DNA of 64,000 bases, taken from assembly GCA_016871515.1 (NCBI GenBank), contig VHDE01000004.1:386-64385 (forward strand). Direction: 5' to 3'. Of the stretch, positions 36,075 through 44,487 are shown in pieces. Numbering within the stretch: position 1 is the first letter of the stretch; each line of letters begins with the position of its first letter. Both the position numbers and the translations under genes were made by a program. Below the pieces are notes generated by a model. It worked only from the letters and a program-made list of their open reading frames with translations, had not been told where the DNA came from and made no database searches. This DNA comes from Verrucomicrobiota bacterium (lineage in GTDB: Bacteria > Verrucomicrobiota > Verrucomicrobiia > Limisphaerales > SIBE01).

Positions 36075-39000
36075 ATGGACAAATATCAGATAGAAGGCCC
36101 CAAGGATCTCGAAGCCTTTCTGGCGAGCCTGCCACCCACAGTCAGGCAGAGAGGCGAAGAAGCCTTCCGTCAAGGTCATGTGGTCGAACTGCGGCCCAAG
36201 GAGGTCGGCCGCGAGTACGCGGTTGATGTCTCGGACGGTCTGTGGATTTGCGAGGTCGAATTATTTCACGCCGAGGACGAAGGTTGGGATGGGCGCTGTT
36301 CGTGCCCGGCCGCGTTCAATTGCAAACATATTTACGCGGCGATCAAAGCGCTCCTGGCCGAGTACACGACCGCTCGTGTGCGTGGATTGAGCGCCACTTC
36401 GCGCGCGCCTGCAACCAAGGCCCAAAGCCGGCCGGAAGAGCCCGTCGATCTTGCACAGACGCTTTCCGTCGCCCTCAAGAGACCGTTAAAAAAGGAGGAA
36501 AACACTTTCCTTCGAAAGCTGACGCAGGTCTATCGCCGCTGTTGTACAGCGCGGGTGATAACGAATTGGGATTTGTCGGAGCTGGGGTTGAATCTCGGAG
36601 CGTACAGTTGGGACCGCCTGGAAGTCTGGCCCTCCTTTCCGAAGGACGAACACGAATTCTGGCTTTATATCGCCAACGCTCTTCTCGAACAGCGCAAACC
36701 GATTCCCGAATACATGGAACCGGTGACGGACTTGAGCGTCGTGCGAGAACGCCTCGAACGCTGGAAACGGGCTCGCGAAATCGAACGTTGGCGGCGCGTT
36801 TTGGAACAAGCCACCCAATCGACTGCCGTAATCAAACGAAAAGCGTTGGATTTTCGGTTGAAGCTGCTGAAGGACCACGCCGCGCTCGAATGGAAGCGAG
36901 AAGGGGCCGATCAATTCGAACCGCTCAAGCACACACAATGTCGCCAGATCGAAGAAGATTACGACAATGCTGGCCTTGAGTTATCGCTCGAAGCCGAACT
37001 TGTCTGGCAAGGTTTCCGTCAACGTTATTACGACAGCAGCGGCTATCATTTGCGGTATGACGATGACGACGACGCCAGAAACATCTTGAGCCGGCTCTTT
37101 CGCTTGCCTGTGCTCCGGGATCGCATCGTGAATGAGCAGGGTCTCCCTTTCATTCGCGCGACTGATCCGCTGCGATGGTCGGTCGCTCCAGCCCAGGATG
37201 AACACGGCGATTATCGCCTTCGCCTGTTATGCCCTGACGGCACTCCGTTGCTGAAATATCTGGTGGCGTTGCCTGGTGATCCTTGGCTTTATGTGACGCC
37301 GACGACGGTGTTCCCTGGCCCAGCTGTCGCGGATGAAGTTATCGATCCGCGAGTCGAGAATCTTATTCCCGCGCCCGCCATTGAGAGCCGCGCCGGAGTA
37401 GAGTTCCTCACCGGGCTTGGCATCGAGTTGCCGCCACGAATCAAGGAGCGCGTGAAACGCGTGCCGTTGCGCGTCAAAATCTCGTGCACGATCGAAGAAA
37501 CTTATCCGGGAAGCAAGACCGAGAACTGCCATGTGACGGTCACTGCCCAGTCCGAGGATAACGCCATCGAGCAGGTTTGGACGGGTTTTTCGTGGCAGGA
37601 CGCGCCGCGAACAGCCAAGCGCGCCAATGAGGGCAAACGGAAAGATTCCGTTTTAATCATTTACGACCGTTCCACGCTGAACGATGTCTCGCGATTGATG
37701 CAACCGCTCGATCTCAAGCGAGATTCGTATTCCGGCCAGATGTCGCTGCGCGTGACCAAAAAGTTTCCGGAGATTTTTGTGCCATGGTTGAAATCACTTC
37801 CGCCGGAAATCGAGCTGCAACTGAATGGCGAGCTGGCAACGCTCGCCGGTGACTCGATCTCGGCCCACCTCAGATTGGACGTCGAAGAGGTCAGCGTCGA
37901 TTGGTTCGATTTGAAAGTCGTCCTCAACGTTTCCGATACCGATTTGACTGCGGATGAGCTGAAGTTGTTGCTCGATGCCAAGGGCCGCTTTGTGCGGCTG
38001 GGTAAGAAGGGCTGGCGGCGGTTGGAATTCAATCTGACGGAGGATGAAGACGAGCGGTTGGCGCGGCTTGGCCTGAACCCGCATGAGTTGACCTCCGAAC
38101 CGCAGCGGTTGCATGCGCTTCAGCTCGCTGACCAAGCGGCGGCGCGATTTTTGCCCGCACAGCAGGTCGAGCAAGTGCAACGCCGGGCCAGCGAAATCAA
38201 AGCCAGCGTGACGCCTGAGATTCCGCCCCAGGTCCGCGCCGAGCTGCGTCCGTACCAGCGGGAAGGCTTTCATTTCCTGGCTTACCTCGCCACGAATCGC
38301 TTCGGCGGCATTCTGGCGGATGACATGGGCCTTGGAAAAACGTTGCAGACGCTAACCTGGCTGGCGTGGCTGCGCGCTCAACCGGGCAACGCAGCGAAAC
38401 CTGTCTTGGCCGTTTGTCCGAAGTCTGTGATGGATGTCTGGCGCTCCGAAGCCGAGAGGTTCACTCCTGATTTGCGGGTCAAAGTTTGGCGCGCTAGTGA
38501 CGTTGAGCACCTGATGACGCAACTGGGCGAAGCGGACTTGCACGTCTTAAATTACTCGCAACTCCGGCTGGTGGGGGAATCGCTGGCGCCGGCTCAGTGG
38601 CTGGCCGTGATTCTGGACGAAGGGCAATACATCAAGAATCCGAATTCCCAAACGGCGCAAGTCGCGCGTGCTTTGCGCGCCAACTTTCGTCTCGTGCTGA
38701 CTGGCACGCCCATCGAGAACCGCTTGCTTGATCTCTGGAGCTTGATGGCCTTCACCATGCCGGGCGTGCTCGGCAGCCGCGCGCAATTTGCCCGGCTCTT
38801 CGACCAAAAGGGAGACCCGTTTGCCCGGCGCCGCCTGGCCGCGCGGGTGCGTCCGTTCCTGTTGCGCCGAACTAAAACGCAAGTGGCCAAAGATTTGCCG
38901 GATCGCATTGAGGAGGACCTGTATTGCGAGATCGAAGGGGAACAGAAGGCGCTGTACCGGGCCGAGTTGAAACGTGCTCAGCAATTGCTCTTGCGCGTCC

Positions 39001-39617
39001 AGACCCAGGAACAGCTCACCCGGGAGCGCTTTCATTTTTTGACGTCGCTGTTGCGCCTGCGCCAGATTTGTTGCCACCCTGCGTTGCTTAATCCGGAGTC
39101 AAGATTGGAAAGCGCCAAGGTCAACGCACTGCTCGAACAACTCGAGCCGATCATCGAGGAAGGCCACAAGGTGCTCGTCTTCTCCCAATTCGTTAGCATG
39201 CTCGAACTGCTCCGGACGGCGGTTCAGGAAAAAGCTTGGCCACTCTGTTATTTGACGGGCGAAAGCGAAAACCGCGGTGATCTAGTCCAGCAATTCCAGG
39301 CTATTGAAGGCGCTGCTGTTTTCTTAATCTCGCTTAAAGCTGGCGGGTTTGGCTTGAATCTCACGGCCGCAAGCTATGTTGTCCTGTTCGATCCGTGGTG
39401 GAATCCGGCCGTCGAAAATCAGGCCATCGACCGGACGCACCGGATCGGACAAACGAGCAAAGTCATGGCCTATCGACTTCTCATCAAGGACAGCATCGAA
39501 GAAAAAATCCGGGCGCTGCAAAAGCAAAAATCAGCGTTGGCCGAAGACGTGCTCGGTGAAGAGAAGTTCGCGCAAGCGCTGACGTTGGAGGATTTGCATT
39601 ACCTGTTCGCGGATTAA
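36075..39617 (+). CDS. SWIM zinc-finger + SNF2-family helicase (1180 aa)
   Basis: SWIM: RCSCPAAFNCKHIYAAI. SNF2_N: LRPYQREGFHFL..ILADDMGLGKTLQT..VILDEGQYIKNPNS..LTGTPIENR. Helicase C: KVLVFSQF..FLISLKAGGFGLNLTAASYVVLFDPWWNPAVENQAIDRTHRIGQ. Confidence 0.9.
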   Translation: MDKYQIEGPKDLEAFLASLPPTVRQRGEEAFRQGHVVELRPKEVGREYAVDVSDGLWICEVELFHAEDEGWDGRCSCPAAFNCKHIYAAIKALLAEYTTARVRGLSATSRAPATKAQSRPEEPVDLAQTLSVALKRPLKKEENTFLRKLTQVYRRCCTARVITNWDLSELGLNLGAYSWDRLEVWPSFPKDEHEFWLYIANALLEQRKPIPEYMEPVTDLSVVRERLERWKRAREIERWRRVLEQATQSTAVIKRKALDFRLKLLKDHAALEWKREGADQFEPLKHTQCRQIEEDYDNAGLELSLEAELVWQGFRQRYYDSSGYHLRYDDDDDARNILSRLFRLPVLRDRIVNEQGLPFIRATDPLRWSVAPAQDEHGDYRLRLLCPDGTPLLKYLVALPGDPWLYVTPTTVFPGPAVADEVIDPRVENLIPAPAIESRAGVEFLTGLGIELPPRIKERVKRVPLRVKISCTIEETYPGSKTENCHVTVTAQSEDNAIEQVWTGFSWQDAPRTAKRANEGKRKDSVLIIYDRSTLNDVSRLMQPLDLKRDSYSGQMSLRVTKKFPEIFVPWLKSLPPEIELQLNGELATLAGDSISAHLRLDVEEVSVDWFDLKVVLNVSDTDLTADELKLLLDAKGRFVRLGKKGWRRLEFNLTEDEDERLARLGLNPHELTSEPQRLHALQLADQAAARFLPAQQVEQVQRRASEIKASVTPEIPPQVRAELRPYQREGFHFLAYLATNRFGGILADDMGLGKTLQTLTWLAWLRAQPGNAAKPVLAVCPKSVMDVWRSEAERFTPDLRVKVWRASDVEHLMTQLGEADLHVLNYSQLRLVGESLAPAQWLAVILDEGQYIKNPNSQTAQVARALRANFRLVLTGTPIENRLLDLWSLMAFTMPGVLGSRAQFARLFDQKGDPFARRRLAARVRPFLLRRTKTQVAKDLPDRIEEDLYCEIEGEQKALYRAELKRAQQLLLRVQTQEQLTRERFHFLTSLLRLRQICCHPALLNPESRLESAKVNALLEQLEPIIEEGHKVLVFSQFVSMLELLRTAVQEKAWPLCYLTGESENRGDLVQQFQAIEGAAVFLISLKAGGFGLNLTAASYVVLFDPWWNPAVENQAIDRTHRIGQTSKVMAYRLLIKDSIEEKIRALQKQKSALAEDVLGEEKFAQALTLEDLHYLFAD

Positions 39618-39729
39618 CTCCGGGCCTCGGCGAAACGGATCGACCTCGTCTGAGGCAACGGCACACCAAAGCGGCGATTGCGCAGACTCCATCGCCCCAC
39701 TCCAAGACCTGTCGGCTTTCGGATGCTCC

Positions 39730-39856
39730 GGTTCATGGAGAGACTTTTCCGAAACAGAATTTCGCGCATTGAACCCATGAACCTGCGGGCTGGACAAGTG
39801 CGAACATGTTGCCGACCGCAAGTCGGCGATACAGCCGAGTGAAACTCTGCGCTACG
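39730..39856. repeat. End-module plus family E unit
   Basis: GGTTCATGGAGAGACTTTTCCGAAACAGAATTTCGCGCATTGAACCCATGAACC..GGACAAGTGCGAACATGTTGCCGACCGCAAGTCGGCGATACAGCCGAGTGAAACTCTGCGCTACG. Confidence 0.85.
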
Positions 39857-39947
39857 AGGAAGAATGCCCGCGCGGGAACCGGTCCCCGATCCATCTCTTT
39901 CCCCTTCCCAAAACCTTCGACCGCTTCTAAGTTTCGGGCGAGTGAGT

Positions 39948-40985
39948 ATGATGATGACGCCGAAATTCGTTTCGTATCTGCTTTTTGGGTTGATGCTGGG
40001 TTTGGTCGGCTGGCTTGACCTTGCGACGCCGCTCATCACGGTGTTGTTCTCTTACTTCGCCCTCGAAAAACTGACCTTTATCCGTTCAAAGTGGCTGGCG
40101 GTCGTGTTGTTTATTATTTTGGTGCTCGGTATTTTTTACGGCTTCGTTCACTTCATCCGCCAAGCATCTAATGCCTTGCCGGACATCGCTGCGACCTCGA
40201 TTCCCAAAATCATCGATTATGCGAAGCACCATGACATCAAACTTCCGTTCGAAGATCTGGATCTCCGGGATAGCGATAGCCTGAAGGCTCTTGTCATTAA
40301 TACCGTCAAAACGCAGTTCAGGTATCTGGGCAATTTCGCGAAAGTGGCAACCAAAGAATTCGTTTTTCTGGTTATTGGTTTTGTGGTGACAATCAGCCTC
40401 TTCATCAATCCGAAGCTCGATTTGGATCGCGGGAAACACCTGTTCGAAAACAATCTTTACTCGGCGCTCTGTGACGAAGTGACCGCGCGCTTCCGATCTT
40501 TCTATCGCAGTTTTGCCACGGTCATGGGTGCACAGATAACCATCTCGACAATCAATACGGCGCTGACCGCGATTTTTATTGTGGCGGTTGCTCTTCCTTA
40601 TTCGGCGGTTGTCATTGGCGTGACCTTTCTTTGCGGGCTGCTACCGATTCTCGGAAACCTGATCAGCAATTCGGTGATCGTCGGGATTGGCTTTACGAAA
40701 TCGCCGCAGCTGGCCATCGCGGCGCTGACCTTCCTGGTCGTGCTGCACAAGCTCGAATACTTTTTGAACAGCAAGATCATTGGAGATCGCATCCGAAATC
40801 CCGTCTGGCTGACGCTTCTCGGTCTGATCCTCGGCGAAAGGCTCATGGGCATCCCAGGCATGATTCTCGCCCCTGTCGTTTTGAATTACATCAAGGTCGA
40901 AGCGGCTCAAATCAATCTAAGCAAGAAAGAGAAGGAGAAGGAGAAAGAGAAAGAGCCGCTGTTCGCGCTTCGAGACGATTCTTGA
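39948..40985 (+). CDS. AI-2E family transporter (PerM/UPF0118)
   Basis: Start moved to MMMTPKFVSYLLFGLMLGLVGW (ATG at 39948). Multi-TM protein with conserved late motifs LLPILGNLISNSVIV and GERLMGIPGMILAPVV. C-terminal KKEKEKEKEKE tail. Confidence 0.85.
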   Translation: MMMTPKFVSYLLFGLMLGLVGWLDLATPLITVLFSYFALEKLTFIRSKWLAVVLFIILVLGIFYGFVHFIRQASNALPDIAATSIPKIIDYAKHHDIKLPFEDLDLRDSDSLKALVINTVKTQFRYLGNFAKVATKEFVFLVIGFVVTISLFINPKLDLDRGKHLFENNLYSALCDEVTARFRSFYRSFATVMGAQITISTINTALTAIFIVAVALPYSAVVIGVTFLCGLLPILGNLISNSVIVGIGFTKSPQLAIAALTFLVVLHKLEYFLNSKIIGDRIRNPVWLTLLGLILGERLMGIPGMILAPVVLNYIKVEAAQINLSKKEKEKEKEKEPLFALRDDS

Positions 40986-41006
40986 GCTGAAGCCGTTCGC
41001 TATTGA

Positions 41007-41900
41007 ATGAACACAAAGGACGCGACGACCGCAAACAAGTTGAACCAACCTATCAACTTCAGAGTAGCCGCAGTCCAGATGAAATTCCGGCGCTCGATAG
41101 CTGACAACGTTGCGTGGATCACTGGGATCATTGAAGCTGCGGCGAAGCAGCGGTCGGATGCCATTCTTTTTCCTGAATGTGCGGTCACGGGTTACAACTG
41201 CGACTTCAAAAAACTCAGCCAGCCAGAAATTGAGGGAGCGCTAAAGCAGATCGGTTCCGCCGCTCGTTTGGCGCATTGCCATGTCTTGATTGGCTGCCCT
41301 ACCTTTCGCGGCGCTCATTTGCATAATTCGCTGGTCGTCTTTGACCGCCGCGGGCGGGAGACGTTCCGCTATTCCAAGATTCATTTGACGCCGCGCGATG
41401 CGCGTTATTTCAGACCGGGGAATTCGCTGGCGCATTTTCGACTGGGCCGCGTCCCAGCGACTGCCATTATCTGCCATGAGCGACGTTATCCGGAACTAGT
41501 ACGGCTGCCGGTGATGATGGGAGCGCAAATCGTTTTCCATCCAAACGCCGGGCTGGATGCGCTGGCCGTTTCGAAAACGAAGCGGCGTGGACGCGATGGC
41601 ATTGCGATTCGGGCTTTCGAGAATCAAGTCTATTACGTGTTTGCGAATTCGGTCGGTCCCCAGGGAGACGGTCTTTGGTCGGCTGGCGACTCCAAAATAG
41701 TCGGGCCGGATTCACGTTGTCTCGCGCTGGCCAACAATCGCGACGAGATAGTTATCCAAGCTGAGATCGACCTTTCTATGGCTGGCCGGAAGTACGCACG
41801 TGAGGCATTGACACAACCTGCGTTTCTTCGCGCGCATTGGAGGTCAATCCTGGTTCAGTGCCGGAAGCAATTGCAAAACGATAATACAAGCGGCGGTTGA
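41007..41900 (+). CDS. Carbon-nitrogen hydrolase family protein (nitrilase/amidase-like)
   Basis: FRVAAVQMKF; ILFPECAVTGY (Glu); YSKIHL (Lys); AIICHERRYPE (Cys); VFHPNAG. Confidence 0.85.
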   Translation: MNTKDATTANKLNQPINFRVAAVQMKFRRSIADNVAWITGIIEAAAKQRSDAILFPECAVTGYNCDFKKLSQPEIEGALKQIGSAARLAHCHVLIGCPTFRGAHLHNSLVVFDRRGRETFRYSKIHLTPRDARYFRPGNSLAHFRLGRVPATAIICHERRYPELVRLPVMMGAQIVFHPNAGLDALAVSKTKRRGRDGIAIRAFENQVYYVFANSVGPQGDGLWSAGDSKIVGPDSRCLALANNRDEIVIQAEIDLSMAGRKYAREALTQPAFLRAHWRSILVQCRKQLQNDNTSGG

Positions 41901-41913
41901 GCCACGTGGTTCT

Positions 41914-43329
41914 TCATCCGTTCTTCTTCGAGGCTGCCACTTCGATGACGGCTTCATAGAGAAACTCAAGAAACTTTCCCAGCCCGGCCACGGAAACGCG
42001 CTCGTCGTTGCCGTGCATTCTCGCCCCATCATCGTCAGTGCTGACACTTCCCAGCCCGTATACCTGAACTCCTTTGGCGCGTAACTGAGCCGAATCGGTT
42101 GCGCCAGTCAACATCATCGGCAGCGTTATCGCGGTCGGGAAGAGCCGTTGCTGAATTCGTTCGAGCGCCTGGAACATGTCAGTATCGAGGCGCGAGGCAG
42201 GCGTGGCGGGCCGGGGATTTCCTTGCACGGGCACGATTTCAACCGCGGGATCGTTGATTAATTGCCGCAGCGTTTCGGCGAACGCGGTCATGTTCTCATC
42301 CGGCAATGCCCGAATGTCGAGCGTCGCCAGAGCGTCGCCTGGAATCACATTGTTTCGAAAACCGCCGTTCATGATTGTAGGCGAGATCGAAGTGCGCAGC
42401 ATCGAATTGTAGGCGAATTTCGTGTTCCTGATTTTCTCCTGGACGAGCGGCCCCAAAGCTGGGTCTTCAAGATGCGTGTAAAGAAACGCGTCTTCAGGTT
42501 TGCTGATTGAGGCCAGCCTGGCAAAGAATAACCGGGTCGTTTCGTTGAGACGCATTGGCGGCTGCCAATTCCCGACCTTGGCCACCGCAGCTGCCAGATG
42601 CGTGATTGGATTGTCCGGTCGCGGTTGCGAACCATGACCGCTGGTTCCCTTGGCCGACAGCAACATTCGGCGCGGGACTTTTTCCGTCGTGGCAACGCCG
42701 ACATATTCGATCTTCCCGTCCTTTTCGAAAATCCGGCCTCCTTCATTTAGCGCGAACTCACATTCGATTTTGTCCCAATGCTTCGCCACCATGAAATCGA
42801 TGCCCAAATACATGCTGCCTTCCTCGCCAGCTTCCGCGAGAAAGATCACGTCGCGGTCCAGCGCCACTTTCTGCCGGTGAAGTTCAAGCAAAACCTGAAG
42901 GCAAGCCGCGGTCATTCCTTTGTCATCGGAAGCGCCCCGTCCGTAAAGATAGCCATCCTTGATCACACCTCCGAACGGATCGACCGTCCATTTGGATCGT
43001 TCAACGCCTACCACGTCGATATGCCCCATCAACAACAGCGGTTTCTTTTGGCCATTTCCCTTCAGACGCCCGATTAAATTTCCCCGGCCAGGTTCCAATT
43101 CGAGGATTTCCGACGGAATGCCCTCGCGATCGAGAATGTTTTTAAGATATTGGGCGCCTTTCGTTTCGTTGCCAGGCGGGTTGCTCGTATCGATTTTAAG
43201 GAACCCGGAAAGCATCCGGACCGCTTCATCATGGGCTTTAGCCAAATCAGCTAAGGCGGCCGAAGCCACTTGACCGGGCCAGAGAATAATTACGGCGAGA
43301 ACGAGTGCGAACTGAGGCGAAGATTTCAT
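41914..43329 (-). CDS. M20-family metallopeptidase (secreted)
   Basis: Signal: MKSSPQFALVLAVIILWPGQVASA. LLLMGHIDVVGV, YGRGASDDKG, IFLAEAGEEG, GTSGHGS, HGNDERV. Confidence 0.9.
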   Translation of the reverse strand: MKSSPQFALVLAVIILWPGQVASAALADLAKAHDEAVRMLSGFLKIDTSNPPGNETKGAQYLKNILDREGIPSEILELEPGRGNLIGRLKGNGQKKPLLLMGHIDVVGVERSKWTVDPFGGVIKDGYLYGRGASDDKGMTAACLQVLLELHRQKVALDRDVIFLAEAGEEGSMYLGIDFMVAKHWDKIECEFALNEGGRIFEKDGKIEYVGVATTEKVPRRMLLSAKGTSGHGSQPRPDNPITHLAAAVAKVGNWQPPMRLNETTRLFFARLASISKPEDAFLYTHLEDPALGPLVQEKIRNTKFAYNSMLRTSISPTIMNGGFRNNVIPGDALATLDIRALPDENMTAFAETLRQLINDPAVEIVPVQGNPRPATPASRLDTDMFQALERIQQRLFPTAITLPMMLTGATDSAQLRAKGVQVYGLGSVSTDDDGARMHGNDERVSVAGLGKFLEFLYEAVIEVAASKKNG

Positions 43330-43466
43330 AGACGGATCGAATTAAGTCAACTTAAGCGTAAGTATGCAATCAAAGGAGAAGAGTCCGGAGAGTCCGCGCA
43401 CGTGCGCAGAATTCACAAGGGCGTTTATCAATTGGTCCTCAGCTCGCTCAGCTTGGGTCTTTATAC

Positions 43467-43494
43467 CCAATTTTGTCCGCGCGGACAAAATTGG
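43467..43494. repeat. Perfect 28-bp palindrome CCAATTTTGTCCGCGCGGACAAAATTGG
   Basis: Exact reverse-complement symmetry. Its core GTCCGCGCGGAC relates it to family H. Lies ~140 nt upstream of the M20 peptidase start. Confidence 0.9.
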
Positions 43495-43597
43495 TGTCCC
43501 TGCGTCATCGGGCAGTTACGACGGTGAAAGACAACGGCTTGCGATAAAACGCGAACAACTGACCGTTCAGCAGAGCCGGGCCTTGCGCCGGTCGGAA

Positions 43598-43833
43598 GGT
43601 AGGACAGGCGTCTCGCCTGTCCCGCATTGCGTACACCAAAAGCAGGGCAGCGCGTCCGCGTCTCCCCATGAACCTCCCGGCATGTAGTCCCGCCTTTAGG
43701 CGCCTTTAGGCGGCAGCGTTTGCTTGCAGCGAAACAGCTTTTGCGGATTGCAATCGCTCCGGCTAAAGCCGGGACTACATGCCGCAACGTCAGGGTTCAT
43801 GGGCCCAATGCGCGAAAATGTGTTTCGGAGAAG
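43598..43833. repeat. Family C unit fused to family A copy A2 (inverted relative to A1)
   Basis: GGTAGGACAGGCGTCTCGCCTGTCCCGCATTGCGTACACCAAAAGCAGGGCAGCGCGTCC.. followed by CCATGAACCTCCCGGCATGTAGTCCCGCCTTTAGGCG(CCTTTAGGCG)GCAGC..GCTAAAGCCGGGACTACATGC..GGTTCATGGGCCCAATGCGCGAAAATGTGTTTCGGAGAAG. Contains a 10-bp tandem duplication. Confidence 0.9.
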
Positions 43834-43884
43834 TCTTTCCCGGCGCAACCCCACAACGCCTGGACAAGCGAGACACACTCTCGT

Positions 43885-43996
43885 TAGGACGCGTCTTTTC
43901 AGTTGTAGCGGCGTCTCGTAAGAGCGCCGCTAGCGTTCACGGGAAGAATGCGGCGCTCTTACGAGACGCCGTTACAGCCAGAAAAGACGCGCCCTA
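43885..43996. repeat. Family G long hairpin G2
   Basis: TAGGACGCGTCTTTTCAGTTGTAGCGGCGTCTCGTAAGAGCGCCGC - loop - GCGGCGCTCTTACGAGACGCCGTTACAGCCAGAAAAGACGCGCCCTA. Confidence 0.9.
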
Positions 43997-44026
43997 CACT
44001 CTCTTGCTAGAAGCATCTTCAAGTTT

Positions 44027-44341
44027 TTGTTGCCTGGCAGGTCGATTGCTTCGCAGAGCGGCGTGAAAGATTGGCTCCGTACTATATCAGGCAAATGTCG
44101 GCGATTCGCGGCTCGCGCTTTGAAGTTCGTTATCGCGCTGTGCGTGACGACTTGCGCGAGCACGGTTGCGGGGGCGCCATTCACCTGGGGTCGCGCCGTG
44201 GGAGGAATTCATCGACATTGCGAAGGCTGTTGCGGTCGATGTCGACGGTAATTGTTATGTGACCGGATTCTTAGCTCGCCCGCTCGACCGTACTTCACCA
44301 CAAAAACATCGGCTGACCCGCCCTGACTCGCTATCGAGTTA
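44027..44341 (+). pseudogene. Possible relic of an SBBP/beta-propeller-repeat secreted protein (N-terminal ~90 codons, frameshifted)
   Basis: Frame 1: ..RRFAARALKFVIALCVTTCASTVAGAPFTWGRAVGG. Frame 2: FIDIAKAVAVDVDGNCYVTGFLARPLD..*. The W-x-x-x-x-GG..D-x-A-x-A-V-A-V-D-x-x-G-N-x-Y-V-T-G-F pattern resembles SBBP repeats. Weak evidence. Confidence 0.3.
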
Positions 44342-44487
44342 GTGCCAAACAGCGCACGGCTTTCATTCTAGCGAAACGGACGGTTCAGAAGAAGACGATG
44401 ACAGCGATGAGCTGCCAGCCTAAGCTTGCCGCGATGGGCAAGATCACGGCATTAATCGGACGTGTGGGTTCTGTCGAACAACTCGCC

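Noticed and set aside
865-39617. DUF4338 (DruA-like) plus SNF2 helicase as a Druantia-, DISARM- or Zorya-like defence system
   Set aside because: The two genes are 34 kb apart with unrelated metabolism genes between them. No DruB-E, DrmA-C, ZorA-C or methyltransferase genes are present. DUF4338 is instead coupled to a transposase.
2811-43833. Inverted family A copies (A1 and A2) as the ends of a 41-kb composite transposon
   Set aside because: They belong to a dispersed multi-copy family with other partial copies in between. No associated transposase or target duplication was seen, and the enclosed genes are ordinary chromosomal functions.
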